Virus record (IMG/VR): IMGVR_UViG_3300025132_000002
DNA length: 64,000 nucleotides
Source of the DNA: an uncultured virus (IMG/VR IMGVR_UViG_3300025132_000002)
Lineage: Duplodnaviria; Heunggongvirae; Uroviricota; Caudoviricetes
Direction: 5' to 3' (one strand)
Part shown: positions 34,434-44,721 of the stretch, one piece after another
Position numbering within the stretch: position 1 is the first letter of the stretch
Layout of the letters: every line of letters begins with the position of its first letter
Position numbers and translations under genes: made by a program
Notes under the pieces: generated by a model
The model's database searches: none
Seen by the model: only the letters and a program-made list of their open reading frames with translations
Told to the model about the DNA's origin: nothing

Positions 34434-36238
34434 CCGGCACCGGGAGCCCAGGGATTGTCAGAATCCGCATTAGACCCTCTTCGGCGCTTTCTTAAATTGG
34501 TGTCTAACGTGGCCATTCTTGCTCTAAGCTCGGCGTCAGCTAAAAGGTTTAGATTTGCCTCTTGTTCTTTAATCCTATCGCGAAGCTCCATATCTGTCAA
34601 GTGACGAGGCCAGTTGAGCCGCGTTAGCGCCCATGCGGCAATAATGTAGGTTCTAGCTAGGTCGAAGTGCGATGTATTCTTACCCTTTGATATACGTCTA
34701 TCTCTGTTCTTGCCGTCAAAGTTTATTAACTGTTGTACCCCGGTAAGGCTATTTATTTTAATATCTTTAGTAGTCAAAGATACTTCCATATCCCCTTCAG
34801 CTTCCTGAATACTTTTTGATGTGGCCCGCCATCCCGGTTCCGTCCTACCTGATTTGTACGTCTGATGCCACACAGCATACCTATTTTCATTCATAGCAAT
34901 ACCCAGCAAAGCTGCTGCGTTTGACTCAATGATAACTGTGTTGCCTCTATTACGTCCGGCCTGTCTATATACTTGGGTAGCGGTAGTTAATAACGCATGA
35001 AGTTGTGTGGGCTGTACTCTTCCTTCCCAGGATGCCACCTCTTCCCAACTACTAACGTCAAAAACGGAGATAGCAGAATAGTCACCCTGTGAACCAAAGT
35101 TCGCCGGGTCTACACAAAACAAATAGAAACGTCTAGGGTTAGGGGCCACAAACTCCCATAGACCCGATCGTCCCGATTGTTCGTCACCTTTTAGCGCGTC
35201 ATCTTTCATTTCTCTAAGGTATTCAGCGGCCTTACCTGCATAAATCTTATTGGTTTGGGTAAGCCAGCCTTCTGTCGGACCTGGGGGATATTTATTATCG
35301 AACCGATCAGGCTGATTATCGAACGTAGCCGGAAGTGCCGCACGGCGGAAATAAATATGATGTCGCGTTGCGCCTTTTAGGCGGCCCATCATTTCACTTT
35401 CTTCTTCAGAAAGTGGCCCCAGTTCCACGGGTTCTTCGGTGTCCTCATCTAACAAACGTCTACGTTTGTCGACCCACCATTCAAGGAAGAGTGGATGCCA
35501 CCTCGTTGGTTGCCCAGGTGGAGGATTCCAAGTATTAAGCCATAATCTGTGCAGACGTGTACCCCAATCACCGGGAGTTGTTTCAAGGATAACTCTGGCA
35601 TTTGGTCTAGATTCTACAGCGGGAAACAGCTTTTCCTGTAACCGCCCAAAGGTGTCATCGTCCATTTCACAGCCTTCTGTGATATGAACTCTATCACGCG
35701 ACTTACCAACACCGGGAGACTTAGTGCCGACTGTGATTGAGGTAATCTGATTACCATTCTCAAACTCTATGCGCTCTCTTGTAGCCTTCGTTCCTTTTTT
35801 CAAAGGGTTTCTAAGTACGTCAGGTAGATTCTCAAACGCATAAATAATACGGTCCATGATTTCGTCGCAGGTGTCTCTGTCCTGCGCGACAATGGCAGTC
35901 TTAATAGCTTCGCCATACATAGTGTCTCTAAGCATCAGCAGGCACACAATAGTAGATATCATAGCCTGTCTGTACTTACTTACGTACAGCCATCTGTTAT
36001 TTTGGTAAGCGTCGGCAACGAGCATCTGTGCCGGCGTAGGATCCAGTAAAGCTTTTTGGCCTTCGTTTGTTTGAATATAGCAAGCACGAATAAAAGAGTC
36101 AGGCGTAGCAAAAAGTAAATCGACATGTAGCTTTTTTGCTTGATCTACCGGCTCTCCAGATTTATTACCGTACCAAAGCTTCATGCCTTTTGGTAGGCCC
36201 TTCAATTCAATATTGGCTAATGCCGTTTCATAGTTCAT
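34421..36238 (-). CDS. terL: Terminase large subunit
   Basis: KYRQAMIST (Walker A variant), VHITE (Walker B), ETT coupling motif, VDPA...DYSA nuclease, IESN, HFDL. Confidence 0.9.
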   Translation of the reverse strand: MNYETALANIELKGLPKGMKLWYGNKSGEPVDQAKKLHVDLLFATPDSFIRACYIQTNEGQKALLDPTPAQMLVADAYQNNRWLYVSKYRQAMISTIVCLLMLRDTMYGEAIKTAIVAQDRDTCDEIMDRIIYAFENLPDVLRNPLKKGTKATRERIEFENGNQITSITVGTKSPGVGKSRDRVHITEGCEMDDDTFGRLQEKLFPAVESRPNARVILETTPGDWGTRLHRLWLNTWNPPPGQPTRWHPLFLEWWVDKRRRLLDEDTEEPVELGPLSEEESEMMGRLKGATRHHIYFRRAALPATFDNQPDRFDNKYPPGPTEGWLTQTNKIYAGKAAEYLREMKDDALKGDEQSGRSGLWEFVAPNPRRFYLFCVDPANFGSQGDYSAISVFDVSSWEEVASWEGRVQPTQLHALLTTATQVYRQAGRNRGNTVIIESNAAALLGIAMNENRYAVWHQTYKSGRTEPGWRATSKSIQEAEGDMEVSLTTKDIKINSLTGVQQLINFDGKNRDRRISKGKNTSHFDLARTYIIAAWALTRLNWPRHLTDMELRDRIKEQEANLNLLADAELRARMATLDTNLRKRRRGSNADSDNPWAPGAGWNA

Positions 36239-36326
36239 GCTGTGCTCGTTTTACTGTGGTTGACTGTGAGCTGCCGCCCTGTTATCTATTATTCGACTCT
36301 CTATTGTGCGTCAACTGGAGCTACCC

Positions 36327-36692
36327 GTGGCCGGTAAGTATGACCATATAGATCGTAAAGTTACAAAGACAATGTATCTTGCGGCAAAAAATGCTTTAGA
36401 AGAAAGGGCTGATACACCTAAGTCTAAGCGCGGTGGACTTGATCCAGAAGAGGCTCGAAAGCAGGGTATAGATAGTGGTGTCACTCGCGCACGTCAGATT
36501 GTATCTGCCTGGAAAAGCAAGGCGCCTTTATCCTTTGAAACATGGCGCAAGGTAGCTGCGTTTAGCCGTTTTGATAACCGGCCCCCTTCTACTAAGATTA
36601 GACAGGCTCGGGGTCTTTGGGGAGGTAAGGCGGGAACAGCTAAAGCTAGAGGTATTATGAAACAAAAGAAAGCTGCGGACAAAAAGAAATGA
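36327..36692 (+). CDS. Basic phage head-region protein (GV.RA.Q...LWGG..G family)
   Basis: GTG start after GGAG; recognisable motif. Confidence 0.65.
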   Translation: MAGKYDHIDRKVTKTMYLAAKNALEERADTPKSKRGGLDPEEARKQGIDSGVTRARQIVSAWKSKAPLSFETWRKVAAFSRFDNRPPSTKIRQARGLWGGKAGTAKARGIMKQKKAADKKK

Positions 36693-37180
36693 CAGCACTT
36701 GCACCTGTTGTAGACCTGACATGGATAAACGATGACGAGGTTCTGAATAACCTAGAGGTCATGGTTCGTCAAGGGATGTCGGTAGATCAATGCGCCCGCA
36801 TATTAGGTTTGCAGGCTTCGTCTGTTGCTGTCGTGCTGCAATCTAATCCGAAGATAAAAGCTGCGTCTTTACAGGCAGTAGACCATACGCGGCACAATAT
36901 TACCAGAAAGATTGTAAACAAGTCTGATAGTGTTTTAGATGTTCTGTATGACATTGTACACTCTCACGATGAAGACGTGGTTAAAACGCGCGATCGTATC
37001 GCAGCAGCTAACCTGTACTTAAATGCTTCTGGCATGATTGGTAACAAGGCTGCTGAAGCTGAAAAGCGTATGAACCCCGCACAAGTTAAAACTACCGAGC
37101 AAGACAGAACTGCCCAGTTTATCCTTGATAGGCTGATAGACCGCGCAGTAGAGTCTAGCGGAGAAGCTAAAAATGAGTAA
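36689..37180 (+). CDS. Possible terminase small subunit (HTH)
   Basis: N-terminal HTH, RIAAA..L helix, near terL. Confidence 0.4.
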   Translation: MTALAPVVDLTWINDDEVLNNLEVMVRQGMSVDQCARILGLQASSVAVVLQSNPKIKAASLQAVDHTRHNITRKIVNKSDSVLDVLYDIVHSHDEDVVKTRDRIAAANLYLNASGMIGNKAAEAEKRMNPAQVKTTEQDRTAQFILDRLIDRAVESSGEAKNE

Positions 37181-37583
37181 CTACACAAAGCCGGGGTTAC
37201 GAAAACGTATCGTAGCTAGCGTTAAACGCGGTACAAAAGGCGGTAAAGCGGGTCAATGGTCTGCGCGTAAAGCTCAGATTGCTGCTCAACGCTATGAGAA
37301 AGCTGGCGGTGGTTACAAAAAAGGCGGGCCTACCAAAAAACAAAAGTCTTTAAAAAAATGGACAGGCCAGAAGTGGCAAACAGCGTCGGGCAAAAAATCT
37401 GTTCAAGGCAAAAAAGCGAGTGGCGAAGTATACGCACCTAAGAAAACAATATCTAAGTTGAAATCTACTGCGGCAGGACGTAAAAAGCTGGCTGCTGCCA
37501 ACAGGAAAAAGCGAGTCGCCACGAAAAAAGGCAAGCAGTACGCGAAGCACGGGTTACACAAGGGGAAGAAACGATCCGCATAG
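37173..37583 (+). CDS. DUF5872-like highly basic protein
   Basis: NYTKP.LR...KGG..GQWSARKAQ...Y...GGGY...SLKKWT.Q.W. Confidence 0.75.
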   Translation: MSNYTKPGLRKRIVASVKRGTKGGKAGQWSARKAQIAAQRYEKAGGGYKKGGPTKKQKSLKKWTGQKWQTASGKKSVQGKKASGEVYAPKKTISKLKSTAAGRKKLAAANRKKRVATKKGKQYAKHGLHKGKKRSA

Positions 37584-37591
37584 GAGATCCC

Positions 37592-38305
37592 GTGGCTCAA
37601 CTCAACGCGAACATGCCTTACATTCAATGTTTTATTAGAAAAGAGTTTACAGGCTTATATGAAGACATAAGCGGTTATGTTTTTGGCGTCAAGTCTATGC
37701 TTAACCGACCTTTGCATTTCCACTTCCAAACTTCGTTTGGTGCTACTATGTGGAACATGCCTGTATCTGCATTTGTCAGCAAGCGTGACTATGATAAGCT
37801 GTCCGACAATGAGTCTACTCGCCTTCAACTTTTAGAATCTTGGGATGGTCAAAGTAACAATATAGCTGTAACTACCTTTGCGTTTTTGCAAAATAAACGA
37901 GTTGATGTTTTTTGCCGCGATAAAAAGTGGCGGTCTGGGCAGTACCTCACTACGATTGATGATTACGAGGGAGACCTAAACGAACTTAACGTAGGTTACT
38001 CAAACGACCAAGATAGTAAATGCTTTCACTTCATTTGTCTAGATGATGGTAACTTCTGCATTCAGCCCAATAATCTTTTGCGGTGGCATAACCCAGACTT
38101 CATTGTTCCCTATGCTAAAGACAAGCCGCCTAAGTTTAATATTAACAAAGAGCAGTATTGTAGTGAGGACATTGACAGATCATATGGTAACTCGCCATAT
38201 TGGTTTTATGGGTTCTACGATAAGCCAGAAGAAGTAGTTGTAACGAAAGACTCTAAAGTCGTACCACTAAAGTCTGAAGCAAAAGAAAAAGGCAGCGCAG
38301 ACTAA
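37592..38305 (+). CDS. Conserved phage hypothetical protein
   Basis: LNAN.P...QPNN..RW pattern; AGGAG RBS. Confidence 0.65.
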   Translation: MAQLNANMPYIQCFIRKEFTGLYEDISGYVFGVKSMLNRPLHFHFQTSFGATMWNMPVSAFVSKRDYDKLSDNESTRLQLLESWDGQSNNIAVTTFAFLQNKRVDVFCRDKKWRSGQYLTTIDDYEGDLNELNVGYSNDQDSKCFHFICLDDGNFCIQPNNLLRWHNPDFIVPYAKDKPPKFNINKEQYCSEDIDRSYGNSPYWFYGFYDKPEEVVVTKDSKVVPLKSEAKEKGSAD

Positions 38306-38330
38306 GCTGCGTCCCCGATACACTATTTTC

Positions 38331-38359
38331 TTGCCTGTCTTGTCCTAACTTGATATAGT
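38331..38359 (+). promoter_or_regulatory. sigma70-type promoter upstream of the capsid gene
   Basis: TTGCCT-N17-TATAGT with TG extension. Confidence 0.55.
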
Positions 38360-38472
38360 TGGGGCGAGCGTTCCGAGTGACGGGTAGCCGAGCAAATTGG
38401 TCCGAAAAGCTACGGGTAGACGCGGGAAACGAAAGCTACTTCCCTTCCTACCAATAGAAATAGGACTAAACA

Positions 38473-39558
38473 ATGTCGTTTAGCACCCAAGATGTTCTGA
38501 ATACCGTCAAGCGTACTTTTGATGGTAACGTCCTTCGCAACGTGATCGAGAAAGAGCCTATCTTCGAAGAGATGCTGAAGCTCGAAAGATTCTCCAAGGC
38601 CCAGCAGGGTGGAGATACACTCGAATCGACCATCATTAACTCTGCCGGTGTTACTGGCATGAAGTTCGTTTCGGGCCTTGAACAGCCTGAGCGCCGTGTC
38701 CATCAGATCACCAAGAACTACAAGGTTACCCGTCAGGTGCTTGGTGGCGATATGGTCTTCTCCGACATGGAAGAACGTACCCTGCGTCAAGACCGGGCTG
38801 CACTGGCTTCTAAGGCTAAAGAGCTGCACACGCACCTTTACTCTTGGATCCTTCGCGACCTTGGTTCGTGGTTCCTGTCTGGTAAGTCCACTGGTTCTGT
38901 CTTTAGCGACAGCGACCTTCGTGACCTTCTTACCCTGAACGGCCAGATCAGCACCGGTACTCTTACTGGTACCACTCGCGGTCTTCTGTCTTTCGCCGCT
39001 CCTAGCGTTCAGATTGCTGGTGGTGCGCTTGTCGAAAACCTTGCTCGCCAGTCGGATATCCACTTCAACCAGTGTGAAGCTGTCGCAGCTTTCCCCACTG
39101 ATGGCTTCAAGCAGATGCAGAAGGCTTACCTTCTCGCTAAGCGCAAGGATGTGGAAGGTAACGGCCCGACTCTCGCAGTTGGTGACCTTGCTTCTTACCT
39201 CAACCTTCTGGAGCATGTGCGGTCGCAGGTTCGTGTCACTTCTGACCTTGACCAGCTCACGGGTAACAGCTTCCAGACCGCTTCGTTCGGTCCCATGAAG
39301 ATTACTTACTCCGAGTACATTGACCCGGCTAACTACAGCACTGAAGCTGATACCGCTTTCGATCCAGCTAACGGTCTCTTCATGTTCCTTAGCCCTCAGT
39401 ACATCCAGTACTTCACTCTTCTTACTAAGATGATTGAAATTCAGGATTGGAAGCCTTCGGATACTCAGCGTGCCCACGTTTGTCGCTTCGACATCGACGG
39501 CAACTTCCTTGTCCGTAACCTTCCTGCTTTCGCAACTGTTGTCAACACCGCAAGCTGA
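38473..39558 (+). CDS. Major capsid protein
   Basis: 361 aa, strong high-expression codon bias, own promoter, GG..LE and GF/SF...I.Y.EY patterns of HK97-fold capsids. Confidence 0.75.
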   Translation: MSFSTQDVLNTVKRTFDGNVLRNVIEKEPIFEEMLKLERFSKAQQGGDTLESTIINSAGVTGMKFVSGLEQPERRVHQITKNYKVTRQVLGGDMVFSDMEERTLRQDRAALASKAKELHTHLYSWILRDLGSWFLSGKSTGSVFSDSDLRDLLTLNGQISTGTLTGTTRGLLSFAAPSVQIAGGALVENLARQSDIHFNQCEAVAAFPTDGFKQMQKAYLLAKRKDVEGNGPTLAVGDLASYLNLLEHVRSQVRVTSDLDQLTGNSFQTASFGPMKITYSEYIDPANYSTEADTAFDPANGLFMFLSPQYIQYFTLLTKMIEIQDWKPSDTQRAHVCRFDIDGNFLVRNLPAFATVVNTAS

Positions 39559-39586
39559 TAATAAGTAAAACTTAAAGGAGCACAAA

Positions 39587-40090
39587 ATGGCTGCAAGACT
39601 TTTTCCTTTCGCTCGCGCTATCGTTGACTTCGCAGTTACCGATACGTGGGATCCTGCTGGTACCGACTACCGTAAAGACGAGTGGATCGGCGCTGTTTAC
39701 TACGATTACGATGCTACTGACGGCTACCTCGTCTACCGCTGTGTGAAGAACACGGGTTCCGGCGCTATTGCTGCTGCACTTGTGGTGGCTACTGAAGCTG
39801 GCGAAGTTAACATCGACCATGTTGATGCGGCCGGGGCTAACACCGCTGCTCCTCGTGTTCGTGGCGTTACCATTGGCTCCATTCCTGCGGGCCACTGTGG
39901 TTTCGTTGTGTGCCAGGGTAAAGTAACTGCTACAGACAGTGGTTCTGCCATTACTGTTAACAAGCAGATTGCTACCGCTGCCGCTGGTGATATCGCTGAT
40001 GCTACTATTGGTACCCATGCTGTTATTGGTTCGGGTATGGCTGCTATTAGTGCGGGCGTTACCGGTAAGGTTTATATCAGCGTTCTGTGA
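39587..40090 (+). CDS. Capsid decoration/cement-like protein
   Basis: Ala/Gly-rich, same codon bias as the capsid gene, YRCVK...G...IPAG..GFV..QG pattern. Confidence 0.6.
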   Translation: MAARLFPFARAIVDFAVTDTWDPAGTDYRKDEWIGAVYYDYDATDGYLVYRCVKNTGSGAIAAALVVATEAGEVNIDHVDAAGANTAAPRVRGVTIGSIPAGHCGFVVCQGKVTATDSGSAITVNKQIATAAAGDIADATIGTHAVIGSGMAAISAGVTGKVYISVL

Positions 40091-40142
40091 TTAAAGCGTA
40101 AATCGCCTGGGGTGTTTGGTTCCGCTCGTCCGACGCCTCTCC

Positions 40143-40182
40143 GCCCCCGGTCTGTGTGTGGTTGCATAGATCGGGGGCTTTT
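40143..40182 (+). terminator. Intrinsic terminator after the capsid operon
   Basis: GCCCCCGGTCTGTG...CATAGATCGGGGGC followed by a T-tract. Confidence 0.8.
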
Positions 40183-40201
40183 ATCTTGGGGATACTGAAA
40201 G

Positions 40202-41047
40202 ATGGCTGAGCCAACCGTTCAACAGTTAATTGATATGTACTCCACTAAGCCTCAATCTGAGGTTGAAATGGAAGGGGCTGTTGTACGTGGCCAGATCCCC
40301 AAGCCCGTTTATAGAGACGGTGTTAATCTAGACGTTTCTATGGTTGGTAATAAGTTTGTACACATTGGAAAGTTATCTGAGCTAGAAAATATTATAGGTT
40401 CTTTTAGCCCTTCTTACAAAGAACTGGGTCGGCGCGTTGACCCTTCTATGCGCGCGGTTCATTCCGAGCTTGCAGAGTTACGAAAAACGCGTACTTACCG
40501 ACCATCTGAAGTTAATACACGGCATACAAATGACCCTATGGAAGAGTATGGAATGGATGTGCTGACTCCTGTTGGCGCGGGGGCATTTCTTGTAGTAGGG
40601 GCAAGCGCGGGAAAAGACGAGCAAGGAAATGATATACCTATTATTGTATATCAAGATAGCGGTAAAATAGGTGAAGGCAAAAGAGCCGTAGGAGCCGCCG
40701 GTCCTTATGGCGGGGATCCCCGATTAGGCTACCGCTACCCTTCTGCCGAAGACAAATCTTATTTTACTTCCGGTGGAGATAGTTTTGGGTGGCATAACCA
40801 GCACATTGTACCCCGCTCTAAGATTGTCGATTACCCATTTGATCCGTCTGCAAATGTGGGCCTCGAAGCTTCTCGTAACTACGGGCAAGACTTCGCAGAA
40901 AGAATCGCGCCTAAACCTATCCCACCGCCTCCTGTACTGGCTCCAATGCCCCCGCCAGCGCCAAGGCCATTTGACTTAGAAGATCCTCCTATAAGAGATA
41001 CTGAGTACAGAAGCCCTTTCCGCACTATGTACAAAAAAGGATACTAA
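40202..41047 (+). CDS. Hypothetical (possible virion-internal) protein
   Basis: Structural region; Pro-rich tail. Confidence 0.6.
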   Translation: MAEPTVQQLIDMYSTKPQSEVEMEGAVVRGQIPKPVYRDGVNLDVSMVGNKFVHIGKLSELENIIGSFSPSYKELGRRVDPSMRAVHSELAELRKTRTYRPSEVNTRHTNDPMEEYGMDVLTPVGAGAFLVVGASAGKDEQGNDIPIIVYQDSGKIGEGKRAVGAAGPYGGDPRLGYRYPSAEDKSYFTSGGDSFGWHNQHIVPRSKIVDYPFDPSANVGLEASRNYGQDFAERIAPKPIPPPPVLAPMPPPAPRPFDLEDPPIRDTEYRSPFRTMYKKGY

Positions 41048-41050
41048 AAG

Positions 41051-43063
41051 ATGGCTAACGGTAAAATAACTTTTTCTACCCCTGTTCCCGAAGAAGAGTT
41101 TTATCGACAAGCTCTTGGTAGTGCGGGCATTAACGTAAACGACTTAGTTGATTACTATAGTCGGCCTGAGTCTGCGCCAATGACTCCCGTTAGCCCTGCC
41201 CAACCATCTACGGGTTTTGTACCTGCGTCTGGTGCGCCTGCGGGTATGGTGTATGACGCCGAAGTAGGAGACTTTGTTTCTCCGCAAAAAGCGGCTGCAC
41301 GAGACGCTATTAGAGCCCAGCGCGCAAACTTAGCTATGGATCGTGCTGTCTATGGCGAGTCTCCCGGCTACATGTCTATGACTATGCGGGACGACAAAGG
41401 CCCCTATGCGTACATGGGCGACATGAGCCCCTACACCCGTCCTCCCGATACTTACGGCCAGCCTGTGACCCCTCAGACCATGGGAGAGAGGGCCTTGGCA
41501 GAGGCTCAGGCGGGCGCTGAACGTGCCCTGTATGGCGGCATGGGGGCGATCACTGGCGGGCTTGTAGGAGAGGGCACAGCCCGAAACATTAAAGAGTTTG
41601 TAAGTATGGCTAGGTCTCCTGCTATCAAGGAAGACGTAAGACCTTTTATTGGAGCTGATGGCGACTATGATTATGCTAGAGGTAGTAGAGCTGAAGATAT
41701 TGCTGACTTAGAAAGACAGCTTACGAGAGAAAACCGGCTACATTCGGATATTTTAAGCACGGCACAGAATGATCCTAGAGTTATGTATGCTTACCAAATA
41801 AGAGAAAGAAACGCCGCTGAGCTAGATGCACTGTATGATGATTTAGGCGAACTGGACCCGCGCGAAAAAGGCATAAGTTTTACAGAAAGAATGGATAGAC
41901 AACGCGCAAAAATGAATAACGATCGACTAAAAACAGATTACAATCTGTCTGTTGGTCAGTATAAAATAGATTTAAAAAATGCTTTTGCTAAAGCTTCGGG
42001 CGGCTATCCGTATGATGTATCCCAGAAAAACTTGGTTGCTATGGCCGACAGGCTTTATGATTTACAAAATGAGCCGGTTCGTGCTTTAGGGTACGATAGA
42101 GAAGCAGGCGCACCTTTAACTGACAGCGTTGAATACACTCGACGGGAAGCTATGGGTGAACGGTTTACCGTAACTCCAGAAGGTGAGATTGTATATCAGC
42201 CTCGGGTTGCACCTCGGCTTTACCCGAATGAAGACTTTGTACGTATTCCGGGCAATCAAAGAGCCCAGTTTATTCCTGAACAGCCCTCCGGTGTCTTTAC
42301 TACAGACAACCCAAACTTAATGCCCCAGTTTATTCGGGACCGCACTGATATTGTTAGTTACGATTCGGCTGGACGGTCGGAAGGTTTACGTAACTTTAGG
42401 ATGCTTGATGAAGTTCCTGCTGCTGGCCAACGCTACATGCAGTATAAAGTATTGCCTGTTAATGCTCCGCAGTCTGCTTACGCGCCGATTCCCGGTACTG
42501 ACTATCAGTCAGAAGCGCAGCAAAAAGCTATATACGATTACTTTGGCAAGTTCCCCAACCCGCCCGAAGGCGTAACTGCCGCAGATTTTGAGTTTGAGCG
42601 CCCAAAGGTTGACAGAAGCGGAATGATACGGGGTGCAGGTGCCGGTATGGCTGCGGAGGGCGTTTACATGGGTATGCAAGAATCGACATCGGTTCCTGCT
42701 GCTTACGTTAAAAAAGAAATAGAGAAGCTTCAAGGCGGCAACTATATTCCTGACTTGTCAGAAGTACCCGAAGCCGAAAAGCCCGCATTGTATTCCGAAA
42801 TGATCAGTATGCTTAACTTTGGTCTGCCCGACGCCTACTTTGGTTCTGCCCGGCATAAGAGAGAAGAAGCTTTGTCTAAACAGTTCGGAGAGCCCCTTAC
42901 TAATGAAGTTAAGGTTGCTCGCGATATGATGAAGTTAACCGCTAAGATGCAAGATCAAGATATCGTTAAAGCGGGCCAGCCTTCTTTGGTTGATCAGTTT
43001 AAAGACTTCGGTTATACCATTCTGGAAGCTGAAGCCGCTGCCGCCCTCGCGGGTCTTCTATAA
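41051..43063 (+). CDS. Hypothetical (possible virion-internal) protein
   Basis: 670 aa; shares motifs with the next ORF. Confidence 0.65.
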   Translation: MANGKITFSTPVPEEEFYRQALGSAGINVNDLVDYYSRPESAPMTPVSPAQPSTGFVPASGAPAGMVYDAEVGDFVSPQKAAARDAIRAQRANLAMDRAVYGESPGYMSMTMRDDKGPYAYMGDMSPYTRPPDTYGQPVTPQTMGERALAEAQAGAERALYGGMGAITGGLVGEGTARNIKEFVSMARSPAIKEDVRPFIGADGDYDYARGSRAEDIADLERQLTRENRLHSDILSTAQNDPRVMYAYQIRERNAAELDALYDDLGELDPREKGISFTERMDRQRAKMNNDRLKTDYNLSVGQYKIDLKNAFAKASGGYPYDVSQKNLVAMADRLYDLQNEPVRALGYDREAGAPLTDSVEYTRREAMGERFTVTPEGEIVYQPRVAPRLYPNEDFVRIPGNQRAQFIPEQPSGVFTTDNPNLMPQFIRDRTDIVSYDSAGRSEGLRNFRMLDEVPAAGQRYMQYKVLPVNAPQSAYAPIPGTDYQSEAQQKAIYDYFGKFPNPPEGVTAADFEFERPKVDRSGMIRGAGAGMAAEGVYMGMQESTSVPAAYVKKEIEKLQGGNYIPDLSEVPEAEKPALYSEMISMLNFGLPDAYFGSARHKREEALSKQFGEPLTNEVKVARDMMKLTAKMQDQDIVKAGQPSLVDQFKDFGYTILEAEAAAALAGLL

Positions 43064-43074
43064 GGAATAGAACC

Positions 43075-43926
43075 ATGTCTGATATGAAAAACCGTCGCTT
43101 ATATCGTAGTGATATGGAACCCGCGCCGGGGCAAAGAGCTATAACCGCCGAAGAACTAATTGAATACTATACCTCCGGTATGGACGCGCCTAGAGAAAGT
43201 GGTCCGAGAGAAGGTTATTACTCTCGTTTTGTAGGATTGGAGCCTGCTCCTGCTCCTGCTCCGAGACGTTTTACTTTGCCTGCACAGCCTGCACGCTCTA
43301 TGCCCCCCGAACCTAAGCGGCCCGTTATGTACTATTCGCCTAAGATGGGTCGGAATGTTCCTGCGGAGCAAATCTATAACGAGGCAAGAGAAGCCAATAG
43401 GGCTATCATTGATCTAAAGATGCAAGGCGCGCCTGTTTATAGCTATTATCAATTTGGACCTGACGATGAACCATTAATGCCCGGTGCTACTAGAGTCGTA
43501 CTAAATAAAACTATCCCTGACTTACCTTTTGATCCCGGTTTTGATAGGAGTCTTTACGATTCAACGGCGTATCCCAGTGCTATAGACTTTAAGTACAGTC
43601 TTGCTGATTTAGACCATCTACGTCGCAGCAGCGTAAAAGAAGAAAATGTGCCCCCTTTCAGCTCTCCTTTTTACTACGATAGAGTTAAGATGATTATGGA
43701 AGAGCTACCTAAAGGGTACTACGGCTCTCCCCAACATCTAGCCGACGAAAAACGTAGAGAAGCTACAGGAGAAGTTACGCCGAATCTGCATCTTGCGCGG
43801 ATGGCAGGTATGTTAATGCGAGATTCTGCTGTTGAACCTAGTATGGCTTATCTTTACGATGTAACACGTAATGTTTCCTTTGACCCTGAAAGCTACGTCG
43901 GCCCTCCTTCGTTTGAGGAAAAATAA
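43075..43926 (+). CDS. Hypothetical protein, partial paralog of 41051-43063
   Basis: LP..Y.GS..H..E motif shared. Confidence 0.65.
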   Translation: MSDMKNRRLYRSDMEPAPGQRAITAEELIEYYTSGMDAPRESGPREGYYSRFVGLEPAPAPAPRRFTLPAQPARSMPPEPKRPVMYYSPKMGRNVPAEQIYNEAREANRAIIDLKMQGAPVYSYYQFGPDDEPLMPGATRVVLNKTIPDLPFDPGFDRSLYDSTAYPSAIDFKYSLADLDHLRRSSVKEENVPPFSSPFYYDRVKMIMEELPKGYYGSPQHLADEKRREATGEVTPNLHLARMAGMLMRDSAVEPSMAYLYDVTRNVSFDPESYVGPPSFEEK

Positions 43927-43928
43927 TC

Positions 43929-44699
43929 ATGGCTTTTCCCGATGGCCCGAGTGAGGCTGATATTGCCCGAGACATGATTAGTCCTTCTGCGCAAAAAAGA
44001 ATGGCTATCATGCCTCCGACTTATCGTCCTTTTGAAGAAGCTCCTTTTTCTCAGTACGATTATCAGACAAGCATATCGGGAACACCTGATGAGCGTCGAG
44101 TTATGGAAGCTGTTGGTTACTCTTCGTATTCAGATAGATTAATGGAGCTGGCTGTAGCAGAAGATATGTTTGACGGATCTTACGAAGGACTCGCAGACAT
44201 TTTCAAGGGGCATATCAACGCGCACTATTCTGGTGCGGCTACAATGCCTAACTTCTACACAGACCAAGAAGACTATCAGGGATCCACGCATACAGACTAT
44301 GCCAACGATATTCTGGTCACCATGAATACGCTATATCCAGACAGGGCGCGTGACACTAAAAACATGGAACGTATGCTCATGGATTTTGAGGCCATGGGTA
44401 AGCGCGTGGCAAAAGAAAAAGACCCTCTTATGAAAAGAGGCGTTCCGCTTAGGCCGGAAATGTATATGCCGCTAGACGAAGCTAACCAGCGTCAAACAGA
44501 CTTAAACATTAAAAACAAAGTCATGGCTGAGCAGCTTAACCGTCTGCAAGAAATGAAAACCGCTGAGTTTGATTCTCTTAATCGTGCTGAATCTACGGAA
44601 CAAAAAGACGCTGTTATTCAAAACATAAGCTTGATTAACAGCAAGATGAAAGAAATAGAAAGTTTTAGAGAAAAAGCTAAAGCTGAGTTTAGCGAATAA
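43929..44699 (+). CDS. Hypothetical protein with C-terminal coiled coil
   Basis: ORF with GAGG RBS. Confidence 0.6.
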   Translation: MAFPDGPSEADIARDMISPSAQKRMAIMPPTYRPFEEAPFSQYDYQTSISGTPDERRVMEAVGYSSYSDRLMELAVAEDMFDGSYEGLADIFKGHINAHYSGAATMPNFYTDQEDYQGSTHTDYANDILVTMNTLYPDRARDTKNMERMLMDFEAMGKRVAKEKDPLMKRGVPLRPEMYMPLDEANQRQTDLNIKNKVMAEQLNRLQEMKTAEFDSLNRAESTEQKDAVIQNISLINSKMKEIESFREKAKAEFSE

Positions 44700-44721
44700 C
44701 AAAGCATAAAAGGAGTAAGCT

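Noticed and set aside
38410..39585. 391-aa antisense ORF over the capsid gene
   Set aside because: Expected shadow of strong codon bias in the capsid gene; no RBS or recognisable motifs.
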